A DNA stretch of 48,672 bases from Nanobdellota archaeon (GTDB lineage Archaea > Nanobdellota > Nanobdellia > SCGC-AAA011-G17 > JACPIM01), in assembly GCA_038045665.1 (NCBI GenBank), contig JBBSXW010000068.1, positions 3,251 to 51,922 on the forward strand, given 5' to 3'. Both the position numbers and the translations under genes were made by a program. Positions 9,362 through 17,521 of this stretch are shown piece by piece (within the stretch, counting starts at the first letter, position 1; each line of letters starts with the position of its first letter). A model generated the notes under the pieces. The model made no database searches and had not been told where the DNA came from. It was given only the letters and a program-made list of their open reading frames with translations.

Positions 9362-10354
9362 TTAAAGAACAAATAATATATCAAATTTACGATCTACAGT
9401 AATATAACGACTTTCACTGCTTGTTGCATTTATTATGAATATCCTATCTGTATCCCAATCTCCTCTAATTTTACCATTCTGATAAATTAAATCTTTCTTT
9501 TTGTCATAGGTTGTTACCATTGGTGTTATCAGTTCCATTTGAGCTATGTCTCCAATATAAGTTGATTGACCAGTATCTGGATTTATTAACCTTAATTCTT
9601 CTTTCCATCTATCCCAATTCCAAGTTAATCCCACTAATGCACTATCAAAGCGAACATGAAAAACAACATATTGTTTATCAGTTACGGCTCTTGTTGCCGA
9701 TCCATTTAGGGCATTGATTTTATATAGATACTCAGGTTCCTCTGGAAAATTTCGTCCAAGTAAATATAATATGTTTTGCTCTGTATCTATTGGATACATC
9801 TGCAGGATGATAAAATCCAAATCTTCAATAAAACCTAGATGATCAACCGCCCCAGTTGATGGATCTATTGATACAAGTTCTTCTTCATCAAATTCGAAAT
9901 TCCACTGAAATCCAATCAGTGTCAAATCATCCCTTATATTATAATAAATCGTACTGCTGGGTTCCAGAAGAACGTGAGTAGAGTTTGCAGTTCTTACATC
10001 TATAGTATAAATCGAGTCTGGGTCTTCCCGTCCAATACGACCATTAATATAAATTTCATTAGCTTCTCTGTTTATTGCATAGGCGCTCCATGGATAAAGC
10101 ACAAAATCATCTAAAAAACCAATTAAGCTAGACCTGCCTGTACATGTATTTATAAGGCGCACCTCCTCTTTATATAAATCCCAGTTCCAATAAAAGCCTA
10201 TCAAGTCTTGATTATCTGTACAAGTCCACCGGGCTGTCCCAATTTCAGGTTCGATATTCCACAACTGCCTTCCAGAAATATTATTCCCAATAAAAGCTAT
10301 TCCAATTATAAAAACAATAACTAAAAGCAATATAACATCAATTCTTGCTTTCAT
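9362..10354 (-). CDS. Membrane-anchored or secreted protein with three internal ~100-aa repeats
   Basis: N-terminal TM (VILLLVIVFIIGIAFIG). Three repeats carry the motif L[IV]G[FL]xWN[WF][DE]xxxEE[VL]xL[IV][ND]xxTGxS..[IL]G (LIGFYWNWDLYKEEVRLINTCTGRS / LIGFQWNFEFDEEELVSIDPSTGAV / LVGLTWNWDRWKEELRLINPDTGQS). Confidence 0.6.
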   Translation of the reverse strand: MKARIDVILLLVIVFIIGIAFIGNNISGRQLWNIEPEIGTARWTCTDNQDLIGFYWNWDLYKEEVRLINTCTGRSSLIGFLDDFVLYPWSAYAINREANEIYINGRIGREDPDSIYTIDVRTANSTHVLLEPSSTIYYNIRDDLTLIGFQWNFEFDEEELVSIDPSTGAVDHLGFIEDLDFIILQMYPIDTEQNILYLLGRNFPEEPEYLYKINALNGSATRAVTDKQYVVFHVRFDSALVGLTWNWDRWKEELRLINPDTGQSTYIGDIAQMELITPMVTTYDKKKDLIYQNGKIRGDWDTDRIFIINATSSESRYITVDRKFDILFVL

Positions 10355-10395
10355 TGAAATTCAGCCTCTTTTCAATAAATATCATCTAATCCGCC

Positions 10396-10414
10396 TATAT
10401 ATATATATATATAT
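10396..10414. repeat. (TA)n dinucleotide microsatellite (~9.5 units)
   Basis: TATATATATATATATATAT, about 42 nt upstream of the start of the repeat-protein gene (10354, minus strand). Confidence 0.9.
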
Positions 10415-10493
10415 CGATTTTTGCGATTTTTTAGACCGTAATTCTTTTAAAACAAATATCTTAAATATAATAAGGCATCTGTCTTAAATGCCT

Positions 10494-11054
10494 TCACGGA
10501 CTAGGCGCCTCTTTCCTCTCATTTAATTCTTCCTCATCAAGCTCAATAGCCTTTGGAACAATAAATCTAATCAAAGAAATCAATAAAACAAACAAGAAAA
10601 ATATTCCTATAGAAACTATCAAAGTATAAATATCTAAAGGAATCTTGGCATAAATAATAATAACAGACATATAGGCAATGAAATTCACAGGCAGATGATT
10701 AGAGATTCCAAAAGCAAACTCTCTAGACCACATATGCAAAAAATTAGAAGCGGTCAATATTACCCCCAATGTAGCAACAGCAATTGCCAACGCATTTCTT
10801 GGAGTAACGGCATTTAGTTCTCCACCAGCATTCAAAACCCTAAACAGATCAATAGAAACAAATATCAAAACTAAGGAATTAGAATAAGGCATGTTCCACC
10901 CTTCTTCCTCAAAAAAATATCTCGCAAAATAAAGCTCTATTAAAATCATCGCGAAAAACAAAGGAGTCAAAATCCACAGCATCTCTCTAAAATTATACGG
11001 TGCTAAAAGCACATCAAAAAATCTCTCAATTAGATTATTTAGCACCTCTATCAT
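10494..11054 (-). CDS. Integral membrane protein, unknown function
   Basis: Multiple hydrophobic segments. Overlaps the end of the upstream PAP2 gene by 20 nt (operon-like). Confidence 0.5.
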   Translation of the reverse strand: MIEVLNNLIERFFDVLLAPYNFREMLWILTPLFFAMILIELYFARYFFEEEGWNMPYSNSLVLIFVSIDLFRVLNAGGELNAVTPRNALAIAVATLGVILTASNFLHMWSREFAFGISNHLPVNFIAYMSVIIIYAKIPLDIYTLIVSIGIFFLFVLLISLIRFIVPKAIELDEEELNERKEAPSP

Positions 11055-11628
11055 CCAATTTAAAAGTTCTTAAAGATTTAAAAATATTTGTCCTTGAAAA
11101 AATATCCCCAAGAATTAGTCCAATTAGCAATGAAGCAATCAAATCGCTCATATAATGCACTCCAGTATACAGCCTGGCTAAGGCAATTAAAGCGACAATT
11201 ACCAGCCAAAAATACCTAAACCACTTAAAATCCTTCCAAATGAACCCCAAACAAAAAAACGCAAATATGGCATGTCCGCTTGGAAAACTATACGCACTAT
11301 CAACAGGCACCAAATTAGCAACATCTAAACTATCAAAAGGCCTTGCTCTTTTTATCAAAATCTTAAGCAGATATGCTATCGCACCAACAACTCCAAAACC
11401 AATTATAAACCTATAAATCTGTTCTCTTTTGTAATAAAACAACACTAGTCCGATAATCACAAAAGAAAATACCCCGTTAGTCAATCTGGAAAAATATCCA
11501 ATAACAGAATCAAGCAAAATCAGCCTGTTTGCTGCAATTAATTTAACAATGAAATCATCAAAGATTAGACTTAAAAATAAAGCAAGAATGCCACAAATTA
11601 ACCAAAAACTCTTCTTCATAACCCGCAA
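11035..11628 (-). CDS. PAP2-family membrane phosphatase
   Basis: The three PAP2 motifs are present: KRARPF, PSGH (SFPSGHAIFAF), and SRxxxxxHxxxD-like ARLYTGVHYMSD. Confidence 0.8.
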   Translation of the reverse strand: MRVMKKSFWLICGILALFLSLIFDDFIVKLIAANRLILLDSVIGYFSRLTNGVFSFVIIGLVLFYYKREQIYRFIIGFGVVGAIAYLLKILIKRARPFDSLDVANLVPVDSAYSFPSGHAIFAFFCLGFIWKDFKWFRYFWLVIVALIALARLYTGVHYMSDLIASLLIGLILGDIFSRTNIFKSLRTFKLDDRGAK

Positions 11629-11661
11629 ATAATATATATCCTTATAAATCTTTTTTAACTC

Positions 11662-12183
11662 ATGAAATACGGTAAAAGATTAATCTTAAGATACTCAATT
11701 GCAGTAATCTTCGCTATAGTAGGAATAAAAATAATCTACTTCATATTTTCTCCACTAACATTTTACTCATCATACTACTCTATTTATTACCTCTCCCCAA
11801 AATTAATAGGCTCCACTTCGTTCATTATCAATAACATAAAACTCAACTTTATCTCAGCATGCACAGCAGCATCTGCATATTTATTATTAGTCTTATTAAC
11901 ATTAACAACAGACATCAAGCTAAAAAAAGCATTAAGAGTTATTTTTGCAGGCTCTCTGCTAATTCTAATAGCAAACCTAATAAGAATTGATATTCTAATA
12001 ATCGCTTTAGTAAAATATGGGTCAAACTTATTTAATACATTACATTTATTTTTCTGGAAAGTGCTTTCAACGGTATTCGTAGTTATTCTCTGGATATTTC
12101 TAACAAAAGTCTTTAAAATAAAAGAAATCCCAATTTATTCTGATTTTAAAAAAATCTATAGCGTCTACAGGAAACCAAGATAA
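11662..12183 (+). CDS. Short exosortase/archaeosortase-family protein (candidate 'pacearchaeosortase'-like)
   Basis: 173-aa polytopic membrane protein. It has the ordered Cys-Arg-His signature of exosortases: FISACTAASAY (Cys), IANLIRIDI (N-x-x-R), FNTLHLFFW (His). Confidence 0.5.
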   Translation: MKYGKRLILRYSIAVIFAIVGIKIIYFIFSPLTFYSSYYSIYYLSPKLIGSTSFIINNIKLNFISACTAASAYLLLVLLTLTTDIKLKKALRVIFAGSLLILIANLIRIDILIIALVKYGSNLFNTLHLFFWKVLSTVFVVILWIFLTKVFKIKEIPIYSDFKKIYSVYRKPR

Positions 12184-12244
12184 ATATAAATATTTCTGAT
12201 AGAAAAATTGAGATAAGCACTCTTATCAAAAATAATAACAAGAG

Positions 12245-12814
12245 TTACTCCATTAAAATCTTATTCAACTTTCTAAATAGACCATCCAGGTTTAATTTTT
12301 CTTCATTTTTAATAATAATATCTGGTTTAACTATTTGAAGAAAATGTCCATGTTCCTTAAACCATCTATCTAATTCTTTAAAATATGCATCTGCGTTTCT
12401 TTTATTTCTTTTTTTTTATCCTTTCTTTTATTTTTTCTTTCGACGCTTTAATATCTATTAAAAATAAATCAAAATCATTATAGTCGACAGCCAAAAATAT
12501 CTCCTTGTATCTTCTATCTATGCTAGCGTCTAATATTATCAAACCATTTGGTAAATTGTGGTTTTTTATAAAATAATATAGGTATTCTTCTAAAACATCA
12601 TCTCTGTTTCTTTTGTTACCGATTATTTTAATTATATCTCCCTTATCGACTCTTATACCAAATATCTTTTCTCTAGGATTTTTGCAATATGAGTTTTGCC
12701 AGAACCAGGAACAGCACCAAAACAAATCAATAATTTCTTATTCTTAATTGATATATTCTCCAATTTAATCCTATGCTTTTTGTATATTTGCTCTAGTATA
12801 TTGTTACTAACCAT
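12245..12814 (-). pseudogene. P-loop ATPase/kinase gene broken by two frameshifts
   Basis: ATG at 12814 gives MVSNN...LLICFGAVPGSGKTHIAKILEKRYLV* (Walker A). The reading continues in a second frame (listed ORF 12402..12725). It then continues in a third frame (..ADAYFKELDRWFKEHGHFLQIVKPD...ILME*, stop at 12245-12247). The second shift sits at an A9/T9 homopolymer run (~12411-12419); the first is near a short A4 run (~12670). Confidence 0.6.
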
Positions 12815-13648
12815 TTAATTCCTCAACAATCTCTCTTTCTTCAAAAACAAACTCTGTACAAAGAAATACATTGCATAAAGTTCAAAAGCAAAAGGAAAAT
12901 ATCCTAAGTAGCCTAAAACCGGCATTTCAAATATCTTAAAAAATCCAACAAAAGGAACATCATAAGTCCATTTCGGAATAGCCCAGTAGTTCCAAAATTC
13001 CCAAAAAAATCCCATAATAATCCCAGCAAGTAATAAGCTAAGAGGAATAACTAACTTCCTATCCTTCAGGTGCCCAACAATGCTCGGCTGTTTATGCAAA
13101 TAATTTACAGGGTCTAATATCAAGAAAAAGCTAGCCCACACCAAAGGAAATGCAAATCTTGGAAATATCAAAGGCAAAATCAAGCTCAAAACCCCCAAGC
13201 CTATCGTCCAATGTAAAAATTTTTTAGTTATCCTATGTTTCTTTTTTAATTTCTTATCATCAAACAAATGAACATTCCTTATCAATTCGTATGTTTCAAA
13301 AAACGCAGGCAGTACAGTAGCAAATGCAAGCGTCGCATAAAAAGCATTATTATTCACGTCAACAGAAGCCCCGCCAACAGAATATGACCAATTGCCTAGG
13401 GCGTAGTTTATGAATTCAAAAACCCACCACAAAAAAGCACTAACTATAGCTATGCCTAAAAATTTGTTAAAATTATCGCTAATCAAACTTCTTCCAGAAA
13501 TCTTCTTATTAACCGCATCAATAGTCAGTATATATCCAAACCAAACAATAGGAAAGTACCAATTAGCAAAGGGCGACAGTTTATAAAAAAAGTTTAACTC
13601 GACTAAAACAATTATAAAAATTCCTAAAGTACCATACCACCTAAACAT
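12815..13648 (-). CDS. Polytopic integral membrane protein, unknown function
   Basis: 277 aa, at least 7 hydrophobic segments, Trp/Phe-rich. SD-like AAGAGGTGAA lies upstream. The stop abuts the ATG of the frameshifted P-loop gene. Confidence 0.5.
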   Translation of the reverse strand: MFRWYGTLGIFIIVLVELNFFYKLSPFANWYFPIVWFGYILTIDAVNKKISGRSLISDNFNKFLGIAIVSAFLWWVFEFINYALGNWSYSVGGASVDVNNNAFYATLAFATVLPAFFETYELIRNVHLFDDKKLKKKHRITKKFLHWTIGLGVLSLILPLIFPRFAFPLVWASFFLILDPVNYLHKQPSIVGHLKDRKLVIPLSLLLAGIIMGFFWEFWNYWAIPKWTYDVPFVGFFKIFEMPVLGYLGYFPFAFELYAMYFFVQSLFLKKERLLRN

Positions 13649-13738
13649 TATTCACCTCTTTTAGAATTAATCTATCGGTCATTTAAATTTCTTTCTTCTG
13701 CACAAATAAACCAATAGCCTAGAACTAAAACCCCATTT

Positions 13739-14515
13739 TTACCCAATATAATTAAAATCTCTAGAACTGCCAGCTGCCTTTTTTAATTTCCCAACCCTCT
13801 TCAATTTTCTTTCCTCTGTTTCAAACTCAAACTCTATATCCTTTATTTCAGAGTCTAAATCAGTCAAATCGATCTTTAATCTTAAATTTTGGTTTAATAT
13901 TCTAAGTATCTCCTTAGCGCTTCTTATCCCTAAATGGTTCGGATGCCCATATGTTTCAGCAAGTAAAGAAACAGCAGGAATTTTTCTTTTTCCAGCCAAA
14001 CCTACTAAAAGCCCGGAAACCCCAACAATAGGGCCAACAAGACCATAGATATTATTATTCAGTGCCCTGCCTGCATACTTTTTTCTAATCTTTTGATCAT
14101 TAGCAGTAGCATAAACCTTGGGGTTCTTAGGATTTCTTTCCAGAGCAATTCCTCCAAGAGTAATAACTTCCTTCTTCCCCTTAAATCCCTCGATTATATC
14201 TAGAATCTGGTCACAAAATTCATAGCAAGACGGTTCATCCAATGGTTGTATATCTCCTGCCAATAAAAGCAATGTGCGTCCGCCAACATTCTTATAGAAA
14301 ATTTCAATAGCAGGCAATTCAACCAAATTGTCTTCATTAACAAACACGCAGTGCGGCAGATTATACGAGGTAATTTCAAATATTTTCTTAGCTCCAATGC
14401 TGTCTATAATAAAATCAGTAGCAATCTTGCCAACATTGCCAACACCAGGCAATCCTTCTATCAAAACAGGATCCTTAATCCTTGCATCGCTTACTCTATT
14501 AATCTTCCATGACAC
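13739..14515 (-). CDS. PAC2-family proteasome assembly chaperone-like protein
   Basis: LIEGLPGVGNVGKIATDFII N-terminal block typical of archaeal PAC2/DUF75. GTG at 14515 is preceded by GGAGGAGGT and is my preferred start; the listed TTG 14554 start would overlap nop10 more deeply. Confidence 0.65.
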   Translation of the reverse strand: MSWKINRVSDARIKDPVLIEGLPGVGNVGKIATDFIIDSIGAKKIFEITSYNLPHCVFVNEDNLVELPAIEIFYKNVGGRTLLLLAGDIQPLDEPSCYEFCDQILDIIEGFKGKKEVITLGGIALERNPKNPKVYATANDQKIRKKYAGRALNNNIYGLVGPIVGVSGLLVGLAGKRKIPAVSLLAETYGHPNHLGIRSAKEILRILNQNLRLKIDLTDLDSEIKDIEFEFETEERKLKRVGKLKKAAGSSRDFNYIG

Positions 14516-14636
14516 TTTCTTTATACCTCCTCCTGTAAACTCCCATTCTATCAATAGGAGAATATTTAGCCGGTCTAACGCTGAAGGTTTTCATGCCGCA
14601 ATGCTCCTCAAGTAAAGTATAGCCCTGGCACCTCAT
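14499..14636 (-). CDS. nop10: H/ACA RNP protein Nop10 (45 aa, below ORF-track cutoff)
   Basis: Hand translation: MRCQGYTLLEEHCGMKTFSVRPAKYSPIDRMGVYRRRYKESVMED*. It carries the Nop10 core (YTL...P.KYSP.D....YR). It occupies the expected slot between aIF2alpha and PAC2. Confidence 0.75.
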   Translation of the reverse strand: MRCQGYTLLEEHCGMKTFSVRPAKYSPIDRMGVYRRRYKESVMED

Positions 14637-14641
14637 ACATT

Positions 14642-15436
14642 TTAAGATTTCCTTTCCCATTCTACACTCACGTTATTCGATTTGCCATATCCAAGCAAAC
14701 CGTCAATAACTTCTTGTAAAGACTTTTCTGCATTTTTATAGTTATCTGAAGATATCCTCAACCTGTAAAAAGGCGCACTTATGTAAGACAAAGATAGTTT
14801 ATATTTCTTGTGTTTCGCAAGTTCCATAGTTTTTTCCAAAGAGCTCTTAATCCTATCAATACCTTCGGGATCCTTGCTCATGAGTTTTAACTTGGCTTCA
14901 ATAACAACTTCTGGCAGTTTTATCTTTTCCTTAATCCTGGCACAAAGTGTATCGATCAATTGTTTATTTCCCTTTATACCTGAAAATGCCTTATCCCCAT
15001 TAGTCAATACAACCTTGAAAAATGCATTCAGCCCCCCATATTTTTCCATTACATGATACCCAATATTATCATAAAAATCCTTAAGGGTCATTTTTAACTC
15101 ATTAACAACACCAAAAACAAGTTTTTCAGCTTTCTGCTCTTGCTTATACTCTTCTTCCTTGTTCTTTCTTTGCGGTAAAGAAACCCTTCTCAACGATAAA
15201 TCAATGTGGCCTTTATCTTCATGAACTCTCAGAACTTTGCAGACTATCGTCTTACCTTCCCTTACAAAGTCCCTCAAATTTCTGATTCTTCCTGGAGATA
15301 CCTCACTGATATGTATCATCCCTTCTTTATTTTCATATTCTTCAATATCAACAAAAACAGAATGAGGAAGTATTTTTTTCACAATGCAAACTACTAGTTC
15401 TCCTTCTTCAAGCATTCCTTTTTTCTTATAAAACAT
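14642..15436 (-). CDS. eif2a: Translation initiation factor aIF2 alpha subunit
   Basis: S1 domain (GELVVCIVKKILPHSVFVDIEEYENKEGMIHISEVS..RIRNLRDFV). ATG at 15436 lies 1 nt after the S27e stop; the listed TTG 15445 start is less likely. Confidence 0.9.
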   Translation of the reverse strand: MFYKKKGMLEEGELVVCIVKKILPHSVFVDIEEYENKEGMIHISEVSPGRIRNLRDFVREGKTIVCKVLRVHEDKGHIDLSLRRVSLPQRKNKEEEYKQEQKAEKLVFGVVNELKMTLKDFYDNIGYHVMEKYGGLNAFFKVVLTNGDKAFSGIKGNKQLIDTLCARIKEKIKLPEVVIEAKLKLMSKDPEGIDRIKSSLEKTMELAKHKKYKLSLSYISAPFYRLRISSDNYKNAEKSLQEVIDGLLGYGKSNNVSVEWERKS

Positions 15437-15437
15437 T

Positions 15438-15611
15438 TTATTCAAGTACTTCTAGTATGCTCGCCTTAACAATCCCTTTGCCGCCGGTTGGCTGCACTAG
15501 AACATTATCACAAACCAAGCATTTCACTAAAGTGCCAGGCTTACCAAAAACTATCTGCTCATTCTTACATTTCATGCACCTTAGCCTTATGAATTTGCTT
15601 GCAGCCCTCAT
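15438..15611 (-). CDS. rps27e: Ribosomal protein S27e (57 aa, below ORF-track cutoff)
   Basis: Hand translation: [57 protein letters not shown]. CxxC...CxxC zinc ribbon. The ATG overlaps the L44e stop (ATGA). Confidence 0.85.
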   Translation of the reverse strand: MRAASKFIRLRCMKCKNEQIVFGKPGTLVKCLVCDNVLVQPTGGKGIVKASILEVLE

Positions 15612-15919
15612 TTTAACTCCAGCTTCTTGCTCCTAAAACTTTTAGACTGCCCGCTAGATTTGCCACAGACTTTGCATTTAAATCTTAAATCCTGTTTCTT
15701 GCTTTGTTTTGCTCCAGTTCTTTTAAACTTGCTTATTGCCGGTTTAGATCCCCACCTACCCTTATTTCCAAAATTTCTCCCTCTTCCTCTTTTTTTTCCC
15801 CTTTGCAAGGACCCTCTTTTCAGGCTTCCTCTGTCTCTTTTCTTTGCCAAAGATACTTCTTGCTCTGTATAGTTCTTGCAAAATTTGCAATACTTTCTTA
15901 TTTTTTTCCGAATTTTCAT
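15608..15919 (-). CDS. rpl44e: Ribosomal protein L44e
   Basis: Basic 103-aa protein with CKFC...CKVC zinc ribbon, in the conserved L44e-S27e-aIF2a order. Confidence 0.9.
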   Translation of the reverse strand: MKIRKKIRKYCKFCKNYTEQEVSLAKKRDRGSLKRGSLQRGKKRGRGRNFGNKGRWGSKPAISKFKRTGAKQSKKQDLRFKCKVCGKSSGQSKSFRSKKLELK

Positions 15920-16542
15920 GATTTTATTTCCTTAACTCTTTTCTTACTTATCAATAGCTGGGCAACCTTATACGGTAAGTTAGCTATATCCTCTGAATTG
16001 AATGGTCCATAAATATTCAAATCTTCACCCATGAACTTGGGCATTGGATAAAGGAATCTTACTAATTTTGTATCCTCCTTGATTTCCTTTTTTATATCTT
16101 TCGGTATTTGAATTTGAGGATTTTTCAAAACTAACAAATTATCAAGAATGCCTCCCCTATAATCATTAAGTAATTCTAACAAAGAACGGTAAAACTCCTC
16201 TTCCTCCCTCAGAAAATTACTGCTGTCAGCAGGAATGTTCGCTCTAGAGGCAAATATAGCCATCTGAATTATCTTATTTTCTCTTCTTTCATAAAGCTCC
16301 TTTATTATCTTTTTTACATTTTGCAGTTGCTTTTCTGTTTTCACAGCCTCTTGAGAGAAAATAGAATTTTGAGACTTCTGCGCATCAGCTATTGATTTTT
16401 TTTCTTTCAGGTAGTTTATTACATCAGAAAAAAACCCTGCCGGCAATTTTTGTATTTCCTGTTCATATTTCTCTTTCCTCAAAATATCATAAATTCCTTC
16501 ATATGTAATCAAGTCCCCCATCAAGTATCCCCCAACAAACAT
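15916..16542 (-). CDS. GINS-like (Gins51/Sld5-type) replication protein candidate
   Basis: N-terminal block ITYEGIYDILRKEKYEQEIQKLPAGFFSDVINYLKEK resembles the GINS A-domain motif. The true start may be the internal MGDLITY (~16521). Confidence 0.45.
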   Translation of the reverse strand: MFVGGYLMGDLITYEGIYDILRKEKYEQEIQKLPAGFFSDVINYLKEKKSIADAQKSQNSIFSQEAVKTEKQLQNVKKIIKELYERRENKIIQMAIFASRANIPADSSNFLREEEEFYRSLLELLNDYRGGILDNLLVLKNPQIQIPKDIKKEIKEDTKLVRFLYPMPKFMGEDLNIYGPFNSEDIANLPYKVAQLLISKKRVKEIKS

Positions 16543-16590
16543 TTTAAAGTATAGCGATTATTAAAGATTGTTGTATTCAAAAAATAGCAT

Positions 16591-17478
16591 ATGGTCACAA
16601 TTAAAAAAACACCCCCAGACTTTAAAGTAGAGGAACTAATCAATCTCAGCTATTCAAATGGGAAATATGCATATTTTAAACTCTTCAAAAGAGATTATGA
16701 TACCTTAAAAGCTATAGAAACCATATCAAGAGCCTCGAAGATACCAGTAAAAAGCTTTGGTTGGGCAGGGAATAAAGACAAGCGTGCAGAAACCACGCAG
16801 TACATATCAATTTTAAACCCCAAAAAGGAAAAAATAAAAAACCTTAACCTTAGGGACCTCAAACTAACCTTTCTTGGTTATGGAGCTAAAAAAATAAATC
16901 TTGGGAATAATTACGGAAATAAGTTTGAAATAAAAGTCTATAATTACAAAGAGTATTATCCTAGTAATTTCTTTATAAATTATTTCGGTGAACAAAGATT
17001 TGGAAAAAATAATTGGATAATTGGGAAAAAAATCCTTAAAAAAGAAAAAATCGTCTTGGACATAAAAAGAAAAAGATTCTGTTTGTTTGCTTATCAATCG
17101 TATCTTTGGAATAACTGCGTAAAAGAGTATTTTAAAGATAAGCCAAACACTTTCAAAATAGGCGGCTACATTTTTTTAAATAAACAAATCACAAACCTAA
17201 AGATACCAATAATAAATTTTGATACAAAACTAAAAAGCAATATCGGAGAAATCTACAAATACTTACTAAAAAAAGAAGGAATATCTCAAAAGGATTTTAT
17301 AATAAAAAGTGATCCTAGACTAATAACAGAAACAGTTTATCGGGATCTTATTGTAGAAGTAAAAGACCTTAGGTTTGAAAATAGTACATTGCACTTCACT
17401 CTTCCAAAAGGCTCTTACGCTACAGTATTTATAAGACAGCTATTTAGAGAAGACATCGCAAATCCTAGACTTCCTTGA
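16591..17478 (+). CDS. truD: tRNA pseudouridine synthase TruD/Pus7 family (short form)
   Basis: PPDFKVEE N-terminus and the catalytic GxKDxxAxTxQ block (GWAGNKDKRAETTQYIS). Confidence 0.75.
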   Translation: MVTIKKTPPDFKVEELINLSYSNGKYAYFKLFKRDYDTLKAIETISRASKIPVKSFGWAGNKDKRAETTQYISILNPKKEKIKNLNLRDLKLTFLGYGAKKINLGNNYGNKFEIKVYNYKEYYPSNFFINYFGEQRFGKNNWIIGKKILKKEKIVLDIKRKRFCLFAYQSYLWNNCVKEYFKDKPNTFKIGGYIFLNKQITNLKIPIINFDTKLKSNIGEIYKYLLKKEGISQKDFIIKSDPRLITETVYRDLIVEVKDLRFENSTLHFTLPKGSYATVFIRQLFREDIANPRLP

Positions 17479-17521
17479 TTATTGGAAACCTATTTAAAAT
17501 TAATGTATTTCTACATAAATA

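Noticed and set aside
14516-14554. TTG 14554 as the PAC2 start
   Set aside because: It would place about 40 nt more of PAC2 inside nop10. GTG 14515 has a strong GGAGGAGGT upstream. This is uncertain, and either start is possible.
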